This document shows positions 60,476-64,000 of a stretch of DNA of 64,000 bases, one piece after another (position 1 is the stretch's first letter; each line of letters opens with the position of its first letter). The DNA comes from an uncultured Chitinophaga sp. (GTDB lineage Bacteria; Bacteroidota; Bacteroidia; NS11-12g; UBA955): the NCBI GenBank assembly GCA_964438995.1, contig CAYTMQ010000011.1:8416-72415 (forward strand), in the 5' to 3' direction. Below the pieces are notes generated by a model. The model was given only the letters and a program-made list of their open reading frames with translations. It searched no databases and was not told the DNA's origin. The position numbers and the translations under genes were made by a program.

Positions 60476-60641
60476 TATTATGTTGGTACTGCCAAACTAT
60501 ATCGCCACCTTTTTCGTGTGCTTCTATAATCTGTTCCTTTTCCATTGCTTTGGCTTTTTGGATTAAGTCTACTGGTAATAATCCTAAAAAATCTTCAACT
60601 TGGTCTATTAGCCATTCGACGGCGGTTTTATTATTGCTCAT
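60429..60641 (-). CDS. Small acidic hypothetical phage protein
   Basis: 70 aa. Overlaps the downstream ORF by 47 nt, so its start is uncertain. Confidence 0.25.
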   Translation of the reverse strand: MSNNKTAVEWLIDQVEDFLGLLPVDLIQKAKAMEKEQIIEAHEKGGDIVWQYQHNNEANGEQYFKETYEQ

Positions 60642-60653
60642 TGGGTTTATTGG

Positions 60654-60884
60654 TTAATGTGTTATTTTATCAGTTTGATAAATGATTTTAGCTTCAAAAT
60701 CTTCATTGTGATTATCAACTTCAAAGCATTCTACTTCACACACATATTTACCACCCCTGTAAAGGTTATGTGCATCGGCTCTCTTAATCGCTTGTGCTTT
60801 CTTTTTATAAACACCTAATACATAAGAATGGTTATTTCTATTACCAAATCTGTATGCACTTACAACGTATATTTCTGCTTTCAT
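60654..60884 (-). CDS. Small hypothetical phage protein
   Basis: 76 aa. Confidence 0.3.
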   Translation of the reverse strand: MKAEIYVVSAYRFGNRNNHSYVLGVYKKKAQAIKRADAHNLYRGGKYVCEVECFEVDNHNEDFEAKIIYQTDKITH

Positions 60885-61330
60885 TTTATATAAGTTAATT
60901 TATTTGCTAATTTTACCATTAAAACACAGAACATAAATGTAAATACTATCCATGCCCACCAATATTCTTGATACCATTTTAATTTGGCTTTAATCTCTAT
61001 CGGTTTAGTATTAGTAATAACCTTACTTTCAACTATTGTGTCTAATTCCCTTTTTGTTTGCTTTATAACACGCTCTCGCCAACTTACGATAGTAATTATA
61101 CTATCCTTACCATTTGACATTATTAGTGTGTCTGTATTGCTAAATGAATCAAATTGTACAATAGTATCATAAGCCCACCCTTTGATTGTATCCCGCAAAA
61201 TGACGGTATCGCTCGTTTCCTTTAAGAATCCGTGTTTTTTAAGCCATTCAGTCTTATTGGTCGCTCTTTGTTGCTTTATTGCAGAGCAACTTGATAAAAC
61301 TATTATTGATACTATTAGTATTTTTTTCAT
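60881..61330 (-). CDS. Phage-encoded lipoprotein with C-terminal TM helix
   Basis: Lipobox MKKILIVSIIVLSSCS. C-terminal hydrophobic helix WWAWIVFTFMFCVLMV. Confidence 0.4.
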   Translation of the reverse strand: MKKILIVSIIVLSSCSAIKQQRATNKTEWLKKHGFLKETSDTVILRDTIKGWAYDTIVQFDSFSNTDTLIMSNGKDSIITIVSWRERVIKQTKRELDTIVESKVITNTKPIEIKAKLKWYQEYWWAWIVFTFMFCVLMVKLANKLTYIK

Positions 61331-61551
61331 CTATTTAATGGTTTTGAAAATGCTGCTTTATATTTGTTTTTATAACCTATTCTAAAATTTCGGTCATAGT
61401 TTGTCATTTTTCTAACAATACCATCCTTTTTAATAAACTCTACCCAAGAACCATCTTGCATAAATACACCCCATTCAAGATAATAAATAAATAATATTGA
61501 ATCTGCTATAATCCAAAATGTAAGTTGTATAAGTGTTGCTATGTGTTTCAT
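61327..61551 (-). CDS. Small membrane protein
   Basis: 74 aa, N-terminal TM helix. Confidence 0.3.
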   Translation of the reverse strand: MKHIATLIQLTFWIIADSILFIYYLEWGVFMQDGSWVEFIKKDGIVRKMTNYDRNFRIGYKNKYKAAFSKPLNR

Positions 61552-61591
61552 ATTTTACTTGATAATAAGATAAGTAGTATGATTAAGTTTC

Positions 61592-61993
61592 TCATTTTAA
61601 AAGTTCTGGGTTTTCGTAAAGGTTGCCAATGACTTCTAAATATTTAGGGGCATTAAAATTAATTAATGAGTTTTCGCATATTGCCACGCCAACTATAAAC
61701 GAGCCTTCAAAAAAACTAATTTGTCCTTTAACATTTCCCTTATATCTGTGAACTACAATATCACCCTCATATATCTCAACTCCATTTTTATCTTTTAGTC
61801 CAGTGTATTGCCTACGAATAATTTTGCCTAAAAAACCATCACCTAAGTCTGAAGAATTGAATACTCCGTGTACGAATCGTGGAAAATAATAACTATGCAC
61901 CCATTCGCCATCTTCTATCCACTCGCTAAATTTGGCAAATTTTTTACCATCGTTGCCTAATATTAGGACTTCAAATTTTATCTCTCTATTCAT
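61592..61993 (-). CDS. YopX-family phage protein
   Basis: IYEGDIV ... GSFIVG ... YLEVIGNLYENPELL C-terminal signature of the YopX family. Confidence 0.7.
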   Translation of the reverse strand: MNREIKFEVLILGNDGKKFAKFSEWIEDGEWVHSYYFPRFVHGVFNSSDLGDGFLGKIIRRQYTGLKDKNGVEIYEGDIVVHRYKGNVKGQISFFEGSFIVGVAICENSLINFNAPKYLEVIGNLYENPELLK

Positions 61994-62043
61994 ATTTTAC
62001 TGCTTAATAGGATAACTAATATAATTAGGTTTTTCATTCTGAT

Positions 62044-62229
62044 TTAAAGGTTTGGTAATGTATTATTCAATTCGTGCTGTTTCAATTCTTCTCTTGAGAA
62101 TTCTGCTATTCGCTTGTTTCCAGAGAAGAAAACTATAGTCTTCATTTTTCTATTCAGTGATACTTTTTGATGCTTCTCTGATAGAATGGAAACTATTTTG
62201 TCTGTAATGTTTTGAACGTCTAAAATCAT
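62044..62229 (-). CDS. Small hypothetical phage protein
   Basis: 61 aa. Confidence 0.25.
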   Translation of the reverse strand: MILDVQNITDKIVSILSEKHQKVSLNRKMKTIVFFSGNKRIAEFSREELKQHELNNTLPNL

Positions 62230-62305
62230 AATAAAATCAATATTGTGATGATGGCGTAAAACACTATTACGGCAATGCCTAAATCCGATTCAAAGTCTCT
62301 ATTTT

Positions 62306-62530
62306 TCATTTGTATTCAAAGTTTAATGCTTGTAAATGCGCTTGCTTTTCACATTCGATAATCGTTTCGATTGCTGTTTTCGGATTAGTGAACATGATTT
62401 TACCCTCGTGGGTTTGATGCCTATAACCTTTGATGTCGATTTTAAGCATTCTTACAATCTCTTCAACTGACATATTCAGTTTGAAATGAGCTTGCACTAC
62501 TTCGATGTATAGTTGTTCGTTGTAACTCAT
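62306..62530 (-). CDS. Small hypothetical phage protein
   Basis: 74 aa. 4-nt overlap with the ATPase gene. Confidence 0.3.
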   Translation of the reverse strand: MSYNEQLYIEVVQAHFKLNMSVEEIVRMLKIDIKGYRHQTHEGKIMFTNPKTAIETIIECEKQAHLQALNFEYK

Positions 62531-63231
62531 TTTCTTTTACTTTCTCCTTCGAATGGCAACCAAATACACATTTCTCTCAATCTGTCATAGATTCTTTCTC
62601 CATACTTTTTGTAGATTTCTTCTTTGGTTAGATTGGATGTGAAGTGTGTGATGAGTAAATTATCTCGCATTGATCTGTATCGGGCATTGATTACTTCAAT
62701 GATTGGATTGGATTTAGTCCCATAATCGTTAATCTCTTCATTTTCTCCTCCTCCAAATTCATCTATTACAAGGTTTCTAACGGATGATAATCGTTTAATG
62801 TAGTCTTCACCTAATGACTTCGCTCCTTTTTTAATCTCGTCAACGTGAGCTACCATAAAAGTGTCGTTGTTGATGTAGGACAAAGGCGAAAATTTTCGTC
62901 CACCAACTTCAGGAGAAAGTTTAGTGTAAATCATTTCATAGATTTTGAAATTAAATGTTTTGCCAGTTCCAGTGTTACCGAACACGAATAAACCTTTGAG
63001 TTTATTTTCTTTGTGTTCTGGATAATACTCATCAGATGTTGAGCAAAAGTGTTCAATGTACTTCTGTGCTAACGAATCTGTTTCGTACTGCCCATGTCGG
63101 AGTTGAATTTGACCAACTGTTGACCAGTAGGTTTCTAGTAACTCCTTTTTGAAACGCCTGATTTTCTTGTCCTCGATTGGACCGATCAGTTGTTTTTTTA
63201 CTTCTGCGATTTTATTGTCTATTGATTCCAT
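62527..63231 (-). CDS. DnaC/IstB-like AAA+ ATPase (replicative helicase loader)
   Basis: Walker A GNTGTGKTF, Walker B LVIDEFGG, sensor THFTSNL. 234 aa. Confidence 0.75.
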   Translation of the reverse strand: MESIDNKIAEVKKQLIGPIEDKKIRRFKKELLETYWSTVGQIQLRHGQYETDSLAQKYIEHFCSTSDEYYPEHKENKLKGLFVFGNTGTGKTFNFKIYEMIYTKLSPEVGGRKFSPLSYINNDTFMVAHVDEIKKGAKSLGEDYIKRLSSVRNLVIDEFGGGENEEINDYGTKSNPIIEVINARYRSMRDNLLITHFTSNLTKEEIYKKYGERIYDRLREMCIWLPFEGESKRK

Positions 63232-63877
63232 TTGTTGGTTCCCATGTGTTATCGTATTTTTTACCTCGTGTTGTGAATACAGTCTCTGTTGGTGTTTGCT
63301 TCAGAGGGAAGACATCTTGCCAACCTCTAGTGATTGATTGCTGAAGGATTAATATTTTTTCTTGCTCATTACCTGGAGCAAGATTTTCTAATTTGTCGAG
63401 AATTAGTTTTTTAGCGTAATCGGTTAATGGTTTTTTGATTTTGATTCTAAATTTTTCAAATTCATCAAATGTTTTTTCGAACTCACTTTTATTATTAATT
63501 ATATATATATTTTCATCTCTATTTTCATCTTCCATGTGTTTAACTAGTGTTTTTGACTTCTTTTTCACTTGTTTTTTAGTGTCCTTTATCTTACCTAGTC
63601 TATTCTTTGCTCTTGATTCACTAAATGATTTTCTCTTGTTTATTTCATTTTCAAGGCGCAAATTGTAGTAAAAACCATCTTCATCTATTTCGAATTTTTG
63701 CAACACTTCATTGTCTTTTGTTTTACATATGAATAACACTTGTTTTTCACTTAACCTACCATGTTGATGTTGAGCACATAACAGACGAATATAGATGCCA
63801 ACTTCTTCGTTACTCATGAATTGAGTACCACTAATAAAGTCGTTTGTATAAAACATGAATGCGGGGTCTTTTGCCAT
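63212..63877 (-). CDS. Replisome-organiser / replication-initiation protein candidate (DUF1376/Phage_rep_org_N-like N-terminus)
   Basis: N-terminal MAKDPAFMFYTNDFISGTQFMSNEEVGIYIRLLCAQ pattern, basic middle region. Directly upstream of the DnaC-like gene, overlapping it by 20 nt. Confidence 0.45.
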   Translation of the reverse strand: MAKDPAFMFYTNDFISGTQFMSNEEVGIYIRLLCAQHQHGRLSEKQVLFICKTKDNEVLQKFEIDEDGFYYNLRLENEINKRKSFSESRAKNRLGKIKDTKKQVKKKSKTLVKHMEDENRDENIYIINNKSEFEKTFDEFEKFRIKIKKPLTDYAKKLILDKLENLAPGNEQEKILILQQSITRGWQDVFPLKQTPTETVFTTRGKKYDNTWEPTNGINRQ

Positions 63878-64000
63878 ATTAAAATAAAGTGAGTTGATTT
63901 GATTGTTGATTGTTAGTTTTAAAAATTCTTTTGTCGGAATTAAATGGTATTCCAGGTACGCAATTTCTACAGTATAAAGTTAATCTGCCATTTAAGTAAG

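Larger units (their letters stand above)
30190..64000. mobile_element. Siphovirus-like (HK97-fold) temperate prophage, partial: the right end is beyond the window. The left boundary is tentatively in the repeat region upstream of the integrase.
   Basis: Integrase, tRNA, lysis cassette, Tal/Dit/TMP/chaperones/major tail, head-tail genes, HK97-type capsid, S78 protease, portal, TerL/TerS, tail fibres, YopX, DnaC-like and replisome-organiser genes. All are co-oriented on the minus strand except int. Confidence 0.7.

Overview
AT-rich (about one-third GC) chromosomal segment, by gene content and codon usage most likely from a Bacteroidota/Flavobacteriia-like organism. The left ~30 kb is host DNA. 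It carries the N-terminal >1,200 aa of a giant PKD-repeat secreted adhesin (runs off the window start), a DPP-IV (S9B) peptidase, two paralogous outer-membrane beta-barrel proteins, a secreted vWA protein, NDH-2, a GNAT acetyltransferase, a LysR regulator divergent from an RND efflux operon (MFP, AcrB-like pump, TolC-like OMF), an SbtA/DUF897-like permease, a hipB-hipA toxin-antitoxin pair followed by a secreted glycine-rich collagen-like protein, a DHFR-family protein and an MBL-fold hydrolase. A short palindromic repeat family (CAACCTT-RY-AAGGTTG ... G-N-CGACCT) recurs in three intergenic regions as 31-32 bp periodic arrays. A ~250 bp GC-rich structured element of unknown type sits between two convergent genes at 28.7-29.0 kb. 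From ~30.2 kb to the window end lies a prophage of at least 33 kb. It starts with a repeat-rich attL-like region and a tyrosine integrase (+), followed by a tRNA with anticodon CAU (-). All remaining genes are on the minus strand and run replication, tail fibres, TerS/TerL, portal, S78 protease, HK97-fold capsid, head-tail genes, major tail, chaperones, tape measure, Dit/Tal-like proteins, a holin / M15 endolysin cassette, and a secreted NHL-repeat moron. The far end of the prophage is outside the window. No CRISPR array, rRNA, reverse transcriptase or DGR was seen. All calls come from reading the sequence and translated ORFs by eye; no searches were run.
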